Shown: piece by piece, positions 47,081 to 60,261 of the stretch
Position numbering within the stretch: position 1 is the stretch's first letter
Layout of the letters: each line of letters begins with the position of its first letter
From: Octopus sinensis
Lineage: Eukaryota
Assembly (NCBI RefSeq): GCF_006345805.1
Contig: NC_043014.1
Location: 54,126,001 to 54,190,000, forward strand
DNA: 64,000 bases
Direction of reading: 5' to 3'
The notes under the pieces: generated by a model
Database searches by the model: none
What the model was told of the DNA's origin: nothing
What the model saw: the letters and a program-made list of their open reading frames with translations, nothing else
Position numbers and translations under genes: made by a program

Positions 47081-49520
47081 TACTTTGATACTTTGATACT
47101 TTGATAGGTTTCGGCCATTATTGGCCCAGGCCATGTCTAACTTAATAGCACCACTGGTGAAGTCTTTCAAGTCAGAATTTGGGCACTATGGCCCACTCAA
47201 GTAGAGAGTTATTGTTTACAGAGACATATCCGGGTGTAGGGGGTTTATCCGGGATTTCTTGAAGGAATCTGTCCAAAGACTTCTTGAACCCTATAGGGTC
47301 AGTTTCTGTTTTAATGTGTTTTGGTGTAATGTTAAAGAGAGCGGGGCCAATTGAGGTGAATAATTGTGCCGTATTGTTGTTATGAGATGAGAGTGCGATT
47401 TTTGTTTTGGGCGGATGGCACGGGGCCAAGCCTTGGATGTACCTTAAAGGTGATGCCAACATCATTGGGCAATGCTGATGGAATATTTTCCACATCATGC
47501 AGATGATGTAGCGCTCACGACGACGTTGGAGAGAATAGAGTTTTAGCTTTTCTAGCCGACCCCAATAGTCGAGGCCTGTCATGCCATCTATCTTTTTGTG
47601 ATTGCCCTTTGAGGTGCTTCAACTTTTATGATACCTTGTATTGTGTGGGGAGACCACAGTGGACAACAGTATTCAAGGTGGGGTCGGGCAAAAGTGGAGA
47701 AGAGAAGGATAATGGTGTGGATATCTCTCGACTGGAAAGTTCTGAGAATCCAGGAACACATTCTGCGGGCCATGTCAACTTTGGTGTTTATATGAGTGGC
47801 CCAGCTTACGTTGTTGTCCACAATTACTCCAAGTCTCTGATGTTGTTGGACGCCGCGAGAGTTTCCCTGAAGGAAGGGAGTATGGGAGTTTCAGGGCATC
47901 CTCTTTTCCAAAGTGGATTAGCTCAAATTATCCTCGTTCAGCAGCATATGTTTTTTTCTGCCCATTGGATAACAGCCAGTAGATCTGACTGAAGGCATGT
48001 CCGGTCACTCGCCTCATTTATGACCTTCTGTAGCTTGGAGTCATCTGCAAAGATTTTATGTTGCTGTGCTTGATGATGTCATTAATGTCATTAATGTAAA
48101 TGATGAAAAGAAGTGGGCCCAGCACAGTGCCTTGCGGAACGCCATACTGACTTTGGCTGGGCTTGATTTTACCCCTTCAACTACAACATGTTGAGATCTG
48201 TCTGTCAGGAAACACTTAATCCATTTCAGTAACTTTCCAGAGACACCAATGTTGGATAGTTTTTTCAATAGGATCTTGTGATCGACCTGTCGAAGGCCTT
48301 ACTGAAATCAAGGTAGATGACATCGGTGTTGGAGCCCTCTCCCAAAGCTCTCAAAATGTCCTCAAAGTGATGCAGGAGCTGCGTTAGGCAGTCCCTTCCA
48401 TTACGGAACCATGTTGGTTGGAGATCAGCCGTCTGTTGCTTTCCAGAAATTGGGTTATTCGAGATCTCACCACCCCTCTCAAATACCTTGATGATATGAG
48501 AGGTGAGTGAGATCGGACGGTAATTCACTGCAAGGGACTTGTTTCCCTTTTTGAAAACTGGGACAACAGACTGGGACAGAAGGTTTTTTGGAATATAGCC
48601 AGCATCCAGTGAGTTTTCCACAGATTAGCAAGGGGAGATGCAAGTTGGTGTCGACAAACCTTCAGGACACAAGCAGGGAACCTATCGGGGCTACTGCTGA
48701 ATTGTGTTTTATTTCGTTTATCGCCGCTAAGACATCAGGGGCACTAAACGTTATGTCCGATATAGTGTGTTGGGGGTTGACATCACTGATACAGCCCAGA
48801 TCGGCCATATCAGGATTGCTGAAAACAGAGCAGTATTGTTTCTGCAGTATCTCGGCCATGGATTTGGCATTATCTTGGAGAGTGCCAGTTTCATCAATTA
48901 GAGGGCCTACAGTGGAGACAGTGACCCTGCGTTTCCTCGCAAATGAAAAGAACACTTTGGGGTTGAGTTTGATTTTTTCAATGGCCCACTTCTCCTCAGC
49001 TGATCTTTGGTTATTGATGAGGGTCTTCATGCATTGTTGGAGGTTATATTATTTGGATTCAAGCAGTGCGATAGCCGTCGAATGTGTGTGTTGCTGTTGC
49101 AGTACTTTAGTTTGTTAATTTTTTTGTTTGTTCTTTTTATTTTTCTGATAATGGTTTTTCTGTTTTGGGGGATTCTGCACTTTTTGTTCACAGGTCTTGG
49201 TGGGGAGTGTTTTGCACATATGTCTGTGACGGTGTCTACAAAGATCTGCCAAGATGTTTTATGGTTGGTGGAGATGTGTGTATGTGTAAAGGACCAGTCA
49301 ACATTTGATAGCTCGTTCCTGATTGCATCCCAGTTGGCTTTATGGAGATCCATGTTGTCAAATGGGTGGGCTGGAGGAAGGTCACTAGGATTAGCTTTCG
49401 GCTGGTGGAATTTCATGTTACAGAGAACCATGTCATGGTCTGAAAGAAGGGTTTTTTCCACTGTAACGTTATGTATAGTGTTAGTATGGTTACTAAACAC
49501 TAGGTCCAAAATGTTCTGAT
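47081..49520 (-). mobile_element. 5'-truncated CR1-clade LINE (~2.4 kb), frameshifted RT
   Basis: Consecutive minus-strand ORFs give LDLVFSN, NYRPISLTSHIIKVFER, CLTQLL, DVIYLDFSKAFD, RPHLEYCCPLWSP, RLEKLKLYSLQRRRER; 3' ggcc-aataat-ggcc hairpin and (ATCAAAGT)3 tail. Confidence 0.95.
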
Positions 49521-49532
49521 GTCTGATATATG

Positions 49533-49567
<35 letters not shown>

Positions 49568-49712
49568 GTATATATGTGTATGTATATATATATATATGTA
49601 TATATGTGTATGTATATATATATATATGTATATATGTGTATGTATATATATATATGTATATATGTGTATGTATATATGTGTATGTATGTATATATATGTA
49701 TGTATATATGTG

Positions 49713-49783
<71 letters not shown>

Positions 49784-49880
49784 GTATATATGTGTATGTA
49801 TGTATATATATATATGTATATATGTGTATGTATATGTATATATATGTATGTATATATATATATATATATGTATGTATATG
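49521..49880. repeat. (TA/TATG) compound microsatellite
   Basis: Directly visible. Confidence 0.98.
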
Positions 49881-50889
49881 TAAGATTCTTTCAGTTTCCA
49901 TATGCTAAATCCACTCACAAACCTTGTACTATTGAAGACATGAGACACTTGCCTAAGATGTCATGCATCCTGAAACCACATTCAGATTTCTTTTTCTCAC
50001 ACTTTGTTTAGTCTTTTAAAACTGTTTTCAAAAGAGAAAACTTCATCCCAGACTATGAAATCAATCAAAGCCAAAATATTAAAATATTTGACATTGAAAT
50101 TTTCTTCTCTCAATACAACTCTAAAAGGTTCTTTGTGTGTTTTTCACTTTTAAAGAAAACTCGGCAAACATTTCCACAACGTCTACAAAAATCACATTCT
50201 TATTCCCACCTCATTCCCACGACTTGCTTTCTGCTCCTTACATCATTTCCCTTTCTCTTTGTCACATTCAGGTCTTTGTTTCTATGTTTACATATTTATT
50301 TATTTAAATTCTATAAATTATTGTTAAAAGACTGAACAAAGTAGCTTGAGAGATTAGTTATTTCATTAGTAAACACCTTTATGATAGATTAGTAACCGTT
50401 ATGTTGTTTGTGTGTAACTGGTTAGGTGACTAACATAGGATGGGAAGGACACAATGAGAAGAGAAAACTTTGTTTTGTTTTGTTTGTTGTGTTACGACAG
50501 TTGAAGAGATGAGAATCTTCCGATGGCAATGAGAGTTCAGTTATTTGTCTTTGGTTATTTTATTCTCAGGGAGTGGGGAGATTTCCAGACAATTTATATA
50601 GACATGTGAGAATAAAAAATAATAATAAAGATTATTTTATTACACACACACATCACAATCATCAGCATTTGACATCTGTGCTCCAAGCTGGACAGATTGA
50701 CAACTGATTTTGGTGTTTTTATATCCCCCATAACTTACCGATTCAGCAAAAGACCCTGAAAGAATAAGTACTAGGCTTACAAAGAATAAGTCCTGGGGTC
50801 AAATCGTTTGACTAAAGGCGGTGCTCCAACATGACTGCAGTCAAATGACTGAAACAAGTAAAAGAATAAAAGTGTATGTATATAAATAT

Positions 50890-51040
50890 AGCATTAGGAA
50901 GGGCATCCAGCTGTAGAAACATTGCCAGATAAGACTGGAGGCTGGTGCAGCCTTCTGGCTTCCCAGATCCCCGGTCGAACCATCTAACCCATGCTAGCAT
51001 GGAGAACGGACGTTAAACGATGATGATGATGATGATGATA
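50890..51040 (+). mobile_element. RTE 3'-end fragment with (GAT)n tail
   Basis: ttaggaagggcatccagctgtagaaacattgccaga...cccatgctagcatggagaacggacgttaaacgatgatg. Confidence 0.85.
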
Positions 51041-51182
51041 TATATATATATATAATTTAATAAGGGTGAAAAATTTGATCAATATCAATTTAAAACCAGT
51101 GGTCTAGCATATTAAAATCTGAAGATTCAAGAAAATTATATTATATACATATAAGAGGGATGACCACTACATGGACATCCAT

Positions 51183-51325
51183 TATGCTAGAAGTAGATCC
51201 GCTATGGTCTTACCACTAAGAAAGGAATGTTCTTTAGAAAATTTAGCAAACGTTTATAAATTTCCTTGAGAATATTCCTTTCTTAGTGCTTAGTGGTAAG
51301 ACCATTGTGGATCTACTTCTAACAT
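51183..51325. repeat. Fold-back palindrome (right arm appears truncated)
   Basis: tagaagtagatccgctatggtcttaccactaagaaaggaat / attcctttcttagtg(cttagtg)gtaagaccattgtggatctacttcta. Confidence 0.85.
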
Positions 51326-51466
51326 ATTATTATTATTATTATTATTTAATCATGAAACTACATTTTCAACTACACTTATGAAAGCTGCTGCTGCTGCTGC
51401 CACTACTACTATTACTACTGCTGTTGCTGTCACAATATTGTTATAGTCGCCATTATTTAAAAAGAT

Positions 51467-51705
51467 TGTGGAGGCAGCGGACTCGCGGTTTCAATTCCCT
51501 GACTGGGCATTGTGAATGTTTATTGAACGAAAACACCTAAATCTTTGCGTGGCTCCGGCGGGGGTCGGTGACGATCCCTGCTGTACTCTTTCACCACAAC
51601 TTTCTCTCACTCTTTCTTCCTGTTTCTGTTGTACCCGTATTTCAAAGGGTCAGCCTTGTCACACTCCATTTGCAGGCTGATCGGATCAACTGGAACCCTC
51701 GTAGA
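51467..51705 (+). mobile_element. SINE family C, internally deleted
   Basis: gtggaggcagcggactcgcggtttcaattccc...ctgctgtactctttcaccacaactttctctc. Confidence 0.85.
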
Positions 51706-51966
51706 TTTAAATACATTGTTTGCTCCTTTAGAAGTAAAGATTACTGTTTTTGCTTTAGGTGGGGGTAGAACATGGGGTTCGTTTCACTCCATGACCTGAT
51801 CTGATGTTCGTTGGAGTGTGTCAGACTTTCACAGGACAACAACAATAACAAACACATCGCTTCCTCCAAACAAATAACATATCTGTCACACATGAAGGCA
51901 CTTTGAATAGTTTTATAGAGAGATTAAGGAACACCCACCAGTACTCGTTGCTTCACCAGACACATA

Positions 51967-52359
51967 TACTCTTTTACTTGTTTCAGTCATCTGACTGCGG
52001 CCATGCTGGAGCACCGCCTTTAATCGAGCAACTCGACACCGGGACTTATTCTTTTGTAAGCCCAGTACTTATTCTATCGGTCTGTTTTGCCGAACCGCTA
52101 AGTAACGGGGACATAAACACACCAGCATGGTTGTCAAGCAATGCTAGGGGACAAACACAGACACACATACAGGCATATATATATATACATATATACGACG
52201 GGCTTCTTTCAGTTTCCTTCTTCCAAATCCACTCACAAGGCTTTGGTCGGCCCGAGGCTATAGTAGAAGACACTTGCCCAAGGTGCCACGCAGTGGGACT
52301 GAACCCGGAACCATGTGGTTGGGAAGCAAGCTTCTTACTACACAGCCACTCCTGCGCCT
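51967..52359 (-). mobile_element. SINE family A, full length
   Basis: Matches the 17107 copy end to end. Confidence 0.95.
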
Positions 52360-52391
52360 ATGTGTTTAGAATAAGTGTGTTTAGAATAAGT

Positions 52392-52710
52392 GAAAGTGCG
52401 TGGGTCAAGGTCTTCAGCTCTAGATCGTAAGGTCAAGAGTTCGATTCCTGGTGGTTGGCTGTATCCTTCAGTAAGGCGCTTTCTTTCAAGTTACTCCAGT
52501 CCACCCACCTGATAAAAATGAGTTGTACCTGTATTTCAAGGGACCAGCTTTGTCGCATTCTGTGTCACGCTAAACCTCCTTGAAAACTACGTTGTGGGTA
52601 CACGTATCTGTGGGAGTGCTCAACCACTTGCACGTTAATTTTATGAGTAAGCTGTTCTGTTGTTGATCGGATCAACTGGGACGCTCGTCGTCGTAACCGA
52701 CGGAGTGCTA
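52392..52710 (+). mobile_element. SINE family C-related
   Basis: tRNA-like head (gagttcgattcc) and the family C tail cggatcaactgg...gtcgtcgtaaccgacggagtgc. Confidence 0.75.
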
Positions 52711-54019
52711 GTTTGTATATTTACATGTGTGTGTATATACCTGTAACACACACACACAGACATTCTCTCCTTTCTGTCATTCTCTCTCTCACACACACAC
52801 ACTGAAATACCTATCATACTTCCCTGTTCCCCTTATCAATAAAGTTCCCTAACTCATCTACCCCCCCCCTACAACCATCCTTCCTTCCTCCACTCCCAGA
52901 TTTTTCGTCAAGCGATAATTTTCATGAAATAAAGTTGCTCTACTTTTCAACACCGCCTACATATAAACAGCCACCAATAAATGAACGAGCGAGATTAGTT
53001 CCCTTTAGGTTCTGAGTTCAAATCACGCTTACGTCGACTGGCTTTCATTCTTTCAAAATTGATGATTACACATATTGGGAAATACAGACGTAGATCTCAT
53101 CAACTGATGGCTTCTTACCGAACGTGTGACCCTGTGTCCCTGTAACGAAGCACTTAAACCCACGCCATTTCCTACTGAATCCTGCTTCTCAGTTCTGTTG
53201 TTAACCGCAGTTTACAATAGTCTTGTTGTTGATTAAGCTAACCTATAAGTCAGCCGTGACAGTCTAATCACTTTTATTTACAAGCATAATCTGTCTGGAA
53301 ATACATTATAAGATGCATCATCTTCTCTTTAAAGGCAGGTTTGTAATTTTAGATTCAACTGTTATTTCTAGCAGATCGAGCGGACAACTAGTAGTATTTT
53401 ATTCTTCGATAGCTTAAGCGTATTTTCAGGGGAAAGAACTCTACATTCGATTTATCTTTTATTAGTGAGTTATTTCGCTTAACATAATTAGGGGGAAATA
53501 ACTAGGGTGTAACTCATTGATTAGCCTCTGGTTGATCAGGATTCTGTTGCTTTTGGTTCGCATCTACAGAAACTAGACATCTTTTCACATTGTAGGTGCA
53601 ATAAGGCGATAATAATTGCGTGGCGTGCGGATTGTGAGTATTGGTTGAGTGGGACACCAATGAAGACAAGCCTTAAAAAAGACCCTCGATTTAGGAACAT
53701 CAACCAACAGAGAGTCTAATGAAATGTGGTTGTCTTAGAAAGTCAGTCGCATGATATGTAGTGTGGAAGGTGTTCGTGCGTCTCACGCCCCTCTGCACAT
53801 GGGTATGGAGGCAGGTGGATTATTGGTTGGGGTATGGCACTTACAATTGGAGGATTATAGTTTCAGTTCCTGGACTGGGCAGTGCATGTTGCTGCAGTGC
53901 ACTCGGGAGGCAAGAATGGGGAATCCTGCAATGGGACCAGCGTCCTGACCAGTGGTGGAATATATACGAAATGCCACAATACAAGATTTTAAACCTATCG
54001 CTCAAGAAGGAACTTTCAT

Positions 54020-55005
54020 CCATATATTTGTGTGTGTGTGTGCATATATATGTGTGTGAGGGTGTGTGTATAATTATATATATGTGTGTGTGTGTGTGTG
54101 TCTATATATATATATATATGTGTGTATATGTATGTATGTACATATACATATATCTATATATATATATTATATATGCATGTATATATATGTATGTGTATGT
54201 ATATTTATGTGTTTATGTGTATATATGTATGTATATTATATATATGTATGTATGTGTATATATATATATGTGTATATGTATATGTGTATATATATATATA
54301 TATGTATATGTGTATATATATATATGTGTGTATGTGTATATGTATATATATATATGTGTGTATGTGTATATATGTATGTATGTATATATATGTGTATATA
54401 TATAATATATATATTTATGTGTATGTGTATATATGTATGTATATATATATATGTGTATATATATAATATATATATTTATGTATATGTGTATATATGTATG
54501 TGTATATATGTATGTATATATATGTGTATATATGTATGTATATATGCATATATATATCTATGTATGTGTATATATTTATATATATATATGTATGTATGTG
54601 TATATGTATATATTTATATATATATATGTATGTATGTGTATATATATATATATTTATATATATATATATATATGTATGCTTGTATATATATATATATATA
54701 TGTGTATATATATATATTTATATATGTGTATATATATATATATATGTATGTATATTTACATATATATATATTTATATGTGTATATATATATATTTATATG
54801 TGTATATATATATATATATGTATGTATATTTACATATATATATATTTATATATGTGTATATATATATATATATATGTATGTATATTTACATATATATATA
54901 TGTATATATGTCTATATATATATATTTATATCTATATATGTGTGTGTATATATATATATGTATATGTATGTATATTTACATATATATACGTATGTATATA
55001 TATTT
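54020..55005. repeat. ~1-kb (TA/TG) compound microsatellite
   Basis: Directly visible; explains the 371-aa ORF. Confidence 0.98.
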
Positions 55006-55150
55006 CAAGATATTTGGGGTTTTTTTCTCATTTTCTACCTAAACATTTTCTTAAGGGTCTTTTAATAGATTTTTCTCTCTACAGCAGCCTTATTATCCTT
55101 ATTCCCATTTTCCTTTGCTTAACTCAAATCCTGTTTCTTTTGCAGCCAAC

Positions 55151-55256
55151 ATGGAACACAGGCCTGCCAAGATTGCTGTGATCGTCGTCACTTTGATAAT
55201 ATTCATTGTGACCGCTGTCCTAAACGCTTACGCCAGCGAACCTGAAAGCAGTTCGG
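55151..55256 (+). CDS. Coding exon of an uncharacterised multi-pass membrane protein (MEHRPAKIAVIVVTLIIFIVTAVLNAYASEPESSSG)
   Basis: Acceptor ttctttgcag|ccaacATG (exon starts 55146), one hydrophobic helix ending LNAYA, donor G|GTAAGA at 55257. From memory it resembles the first helix of the si:ch211-161h7.5-like family (NALA...ITPAGWTFSIW); the next exon was not found in the window. Confidence 0.75.
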
Positions 55257-57369
55257 GTAAGACAAACACTTTCCCTCTTAACCCTGTGCATCTCTCTGCT
55301 TATTCAGCTCAGTATGCATGAAGACATTGTATCTTTACAGTCCATCAATAATGCATGTACTAAATTACATCTATAACATAAACATATCAAATCATATACG
55401 CCACCACCATCATCAATCTCATGATTGCATGGGTCAGACACGAGAGTGTGTTGGGGGTCAAAGATTTCCGTGGCTGGATGCTTGCAAGGCATTTGTTCAC
55501 AGCCAGTGATTACATATACAGAAAGGGAGAAATACAAACTCACTCACACAAAGAAACATAGATTCACACACACACACACACAATAGGCTTCTTTCAGTTT
55601 CTGTCAACCAAATCCACTCACAGAGCTTTGGTCAGTCTGGAACTGTAGTAGAAGATTCCTGTCCAAGTTGCCACACAGTGGGCTTGAACCTAAAACCATT
55701 TGGTTGGGAATCGAAGTCCTTAACCACATAACCATACCTGTACCTACAATTCATATATCTGCCAATGTGTCCAATCCAGCCAGTCATGGGTTGGACATTT
55801 TGGCACAGGATCCTGTGAATCCAAGGTCTGCATTGGGCCCCCACTGACCGCTTCTGCATGCTTTCTATGCATGGATACTCTTCCTAATACCAACCACTTT
55901 TGTGTATACTAGCTGTGCCACCAACACTTCACATATATGTATATACATCTACATACAAGACACACACACAAATGTGCACATACATGCATGTGTGCATGCT
56001 TATTAATGCAGTCTATATATAATTCGTAAACTTATTTACATGTCTTATTGTTGGCATCAAAGAAAGGGTTTTGTCTAAATCTATTTCACAGCATAATGGA
56101 GTGTTTGTTATTGTTGTTGTTGCTGTTGCTGTTGTATAGCACTGGCTCTGTTCTGATCAAGGAAGGAAATTCTTATGTGCTTGTCTGGCTTGTAAGAAAT
56201 TGCAGCCAAATCTTCCGTGAATACTACTCTACCACTTTCAAAATCAGTCAAATATAGAGAATGAACTAATTTATGTCGTTTAGAATGGAGATGTGTGAAG
56301 TCTCTACCAAATCTCACTTTTATCTGAACTTTTCAACTAAGCTAAACAAAAACTGGTTTGACTTGTTAAGAATCCCATGAATTTACCTGTGAAAAGGGAG
56401 TCAGCTAAAATGTATTTCGACTTATTTTCTTCTGTCTGTCTGTATGTCTTCCCTACATTCTCCTTCTCTGTGTGTGCTTGTGTTTGTATATGTGTGTGTG
56501 TGTTTGTATATGTATGTGTGAGAGAGAGAGAGAGAGTGCTTCTTTCTTTTATAAAGTGACCAAACTACTTTAAAAATTAATTATGACTAAGGCACCATTT
56601 GGTCATTAATATAAAGTAGAATGTGCCTCGATTATGTGTGTGTGTTTTGTTTGTTTGTATCAATCAGTCGGTCATCAACATCCTTGTTTCAATGTTCACT
56701 TTTCCATACTTGCATGCGTCAGACAGAATTTGTTGAGGCAGATTTTATACAGGTGGATGGCCTTGCTGTCACCAACCTTCACCTGTTTCCAAGTAAAGTA
56801 ATATTCTTCTATGACCAGACATGTTTTTGCAGAACACCACAAATGAAGGATACTCATTTACAATTATACGGCAATGTCCAGTACTCAGTGATGCACACAC
56901 ATGCACACGTGTATGTGCGTATCTGCATGGTTACAAATACCGTGTGTTTAGCCATGTCCCTTTATATGAAACCATGCCTTGGGACATTTGCTGAACAGAG
57001 ATCCCTGAAATAAGAAATAGTAGTAGTTGGAGTGATATAAATGATTTAAAGGAAAAAAATTGGAGGGTAATGCTACAGCATGGCCACAGTTGAATTCCTG
57101 AAACTAGTAACAGAATGAACACACACACATTTTTACATTTGCTATTTTTGTCTTTCTACTGTAGATCAGATAATTCCAACTGGGTTGTCACACTTCAATG
57201 CCTTTTAATACTGTGATCATTCGACTGTGAAATGCATAGGGAACAAATATTGCCCCAATTTAATATATTTCTGTTTGTGTGTAAACTGGGGTAAATAATT
57301 TTAGAACAGTCAGGACATACTACTATTACTACTATTACTACTACTACTAACAACAACAACAACCAAATT

Positions 57370-57596
57370 TACATTATTTACATTTGATGGATATTTGTCC
57401 TCATCTTGTTTGTTGTCAACGTTTTGGCTGATATACCCTCCAAGACTTCATCAGGTGTCTTGGGGAAATTTCAAACCTGGGTTCTCATTCCTAAGGTATT
57501 TTTCGATGTTATTATTATTATTACAATTATTATGGACATACGTGTTAGAGTGCAGGCTACTAACCCCAAGATTCCGAGTTCGATTCCAAGCAGTGA

Positions 57597-57639
<43 letters not shown>

Positions 57640-57782
57640 CATTGAAAAATACCTTAGGAATGAGAACCCAAGTTCGAAATTTTCCCAAGACACCTGATGA
57701 AGGCTGGAGGGTATATCAGCCGAAACGTTGTGTTAACAACAAACAAGATGAGGACAAATATCCGTGAAATGTAAATAATGTA
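57370..57782. mobile_element. Inverted-repeat element with tRNA-like spacer and hammerhead arms (Penelope pseudo-LTR-like)
   Basis: Arms ~57370-57520 and ~57625-57782 are reverse complements; spacer has B-box GAGTTCGATTCC (57576-57587) and (AAT)n. Confidence 0.85.
57689..57734 (+). ncRNA. Minimal type-I hammerhead ribozyme
   Basis: GACAC-CUGAUGA-A-GGCUGG-AGGGUAUA-UCAGCC-GAA-ACGU-U-GUGUU: canonical core, 6-bp helix II, loopless palindromic helix III, GUU triplet. Confidence 0.85.
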
Positions 57783-57824
57783 CATAATTCCTCATCTCTT
57801 AAATATAGAACTGAACAACAACCA

Positions 57825-58003
57825 TTTCTACTATAGGCAGAAAGCCTGAAATTTTGAGGGCAGGGGCAAGTTGATTACATCAGCCCCAAAAGGATGAAAG
57901 GCAAAGTTAAACTCAGTGGAATTTGAACTCAGAATATAAAGACATATGTAATACTGCTAAAAGTATTTTTCTGACATGCCAACGATTCTGCTAGCTCGTT
58001 GCA
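57825..58003 (-). mobile_element. SINE family B (old, deleted)
   Basis: aaaggatgaaaggcaaagttaaactcagtggaatttgaactcagaa. Confidence 0.75.
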
Positions 58004-58020
58004 TTAATAATAATAATAAT

Positions 58021-59370
58021 TAAAGTTATAAAAGAGCGTGGAATGCTATTACTGAAAAGAAGTAGAAGTGATAAGATGGAAGGAATTATATTATCAGATG
58101 GACAAATTATGGAGGAAATTGACGGCAACAGGTGTAAGTACCTGGGTATCCTGGAAATAAATCAAATGAAAGAACTGATATCAAAGGAACAGAAACGGAA
58201 ACTGAAATTGGCATTAGGGACAAAGTTGAGAGGTAGGAATGGGATTCTGTCAACAGAGAGGCCATTGCAGCTTTAAGGTTTAATACTGATGTGATGGTGA
58301 AGTTATGAACTTAAGGAGCTTGACGGAAAGACCAAGAAAATGATGACACTACAAGGGGGTTTACACCCCAAAAGTGACATGGACAGGTTATATCTATCGC
58401 AACAGAGAGGAGGAAGAGGTCTCATTAGCTGTGAATTGTGTGTGAAATCTGAGGAAAATAATCTGGCATGGTATGTAAAGAATTCAAAGGAGAGATTGAT
58501 GGCAGAAGTAAGAAAGATGAAAGTCCTAAGCAGTGATGAAGCAAAGGTAAAGGGAGAATTTAAACAAGACAGACAGAATAACACCTTGAATAGATGGAAA
58601 GAAAAGATGTGGGGTCAATTCTTGCAGGAAATGCCTGAAACAGTTGACAAAGATAAGATCTGGGGATGGACTGGGAAAAGCAACTTGAAAGGCGAAACTG
58701 AACCCCTAAACTTTGCAGCCCTAGAATAGGCACTGAAAACAAACTGTACCAGTTCAATCTTGACAAGTTAGTGACTTCTCCATTTTGTATGTTGTTAGGA
58801 AATGTAAGATACTCAAAAAGAAAAAAATACAAGAGAAGGCATGACAACATTGCCAGATTGGTTCACTGGAAACTCTGACATGAGCAGAAGTGAGAAATGG
58901 TATGAGCACCAACTGGAAAGGGTTGCTGAAAATGAACAATATGAGATCTTCTGGGACATGACCATCTAGAAAACCTGATGCTGTCGTCATAGAAAAGAAG
59001 AACAAAGCAATATTGCATCACTGTTGGCCCACAAAGTGAATGAGAAGGAAAACGAGAAAGTAGAGAAATAGCAGAAGCTGAAGTGGGAAAGAAGGAAACT
59101 ATGGAGAATTAGACATGTAGAAGTGGTACTTATTGTGGTCAATGCACTGGGAGCAGTTTGTAATAGATTGGATATTTGGCTTGAGAAGCTAGGAATTGCC
59201 ATCAGAATGGGACTGATGCAGAAAACAGACTTGTTAGGAACAGCAAGGATTCTAAAGAAGGTGTTTGAAATCTGAGGAAGAATGACTCAAACGACCTTTG
59301 GCCATTTGGTATGGCTTGCTCTTTTGCTATAGTGTCAGAATAACATCTGCCAGAGAAAAGCATCAGGGCA
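58021..59370 (+). mobile_element. R4/Dong-like non-LTR retrotransposon, 5'-truncated and decayed
   Basis: YKYLGI, LHPKSDMDRLYLS...GGRGLISCE, RRHDNIARLVHW, WYEH, KPDAVVIEK, IVVNALG, LLGTARILKKV across frameshifts; (TAA)n on both sides. Confidence 0.92.
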
Positions 59371-59397
59371 AATAATAATGATAATGATAATTATTGT

Positions 59398-59610
59398 TTC
59401 TACTCTAGGCACGAGGCCTTGAACATTTTGGGGGAAATGGGATAGTCGATTATATCGACCTCAGTGCGTAACTGGTACTTATTTCATCGACCCCGTAAGG
59501 ATAAATGGTAAAGTCGACCTCGGCGCAATTTGAACTCAGAACATAAAGACGGACGAAATGCCGCTAAGCATTTTGCCCACGCGGTAACAATTCTATAGGC
59601 TCGCTGCCTT
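59398..59610 (-). mobile_element. SINE family B
   Basis: atcgaccccgtaaggataaatggtaaagtcgacctcggcgcaatttgaactcagaac. Confidence 0.85.
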
Positions 59611-60261
59611 AAAATAATAATAATTGTGATAATAATATGCTAGCGGAAAGTTTTGAGTTAATGACTCTTTAGTTTCCAGATAAAACCAACGTCCACTCAG
59701 GTTTGTAATGGGACACTACAAACGGACAGGCATGGAGACTACAAATGGACAAAACACATGGTCAATCGTCTTTCCGAATGCTTGCCTTTCATCTCGCTAA
59801 TCTGAAACAAGGGAAGTAATTAATGGTCTAAACAAGTGATCAAGGGAGACGACTGTGATAGTCTTCGTCCTTTCAAAAAACCGCATAATTGCCAGTGATG
59901 TGGTTATTAATGTGTTAGCGTACACATCAGGTTTATTGCATACTGCGGTCACCTAAATAAATCAAGTTGTGACGAGTTCGCGTCCGGTCATAAACCCCAT
60001 GAAGTAAAAACCTATGTAAGAATACATTTCACCCTATTTTCCTTTTTCGAAATTATAACAAACAACTTTACAAAACTTTTATTATTATTCAAACACAAAT
60101 AAAAATTGTTACATTAATTATTATTAAAACAGTATCACATTTAATAAATTTAATTTTCTCATCAAACTTTCGCTATGTATATTCCCTCCTGGCGTTCAGT
60201 CTTCAGTACTTACATAACCAGAGTTTTTTATTATTATTATTATTATTATGATTATTATTAT

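Noticed and set aside
47105-47135. GGCC hairpin followed by GAAAC on the minus strand
   Set aside because: No CUGANGA core; it is the LINE's 3' stem-loop.
51119-51140. CTGAAGA-TTCAA-GAAAATTA
   Set aside because: No helix II possible and helix I does not pair.
53751-54010. Trp-rich ORF start
   Set aside because: No recognisable family; stays open only by running into a microsatellite.
54066-55181. 371-aa ORF and similar Y/I/M/C/V-rich ORFs (23401-24470, 46541-47170, 49493-50011)
   Set aside because: Translations of TA/TG microsatellites.
55789-55800. GWTF codons suggesting the next exon of the membrane protein
   Set aside because: Context is PVMGWTFW rather than ITPAGWTFSIW, and it appears to lie in a decayed repeat with no acceptor.
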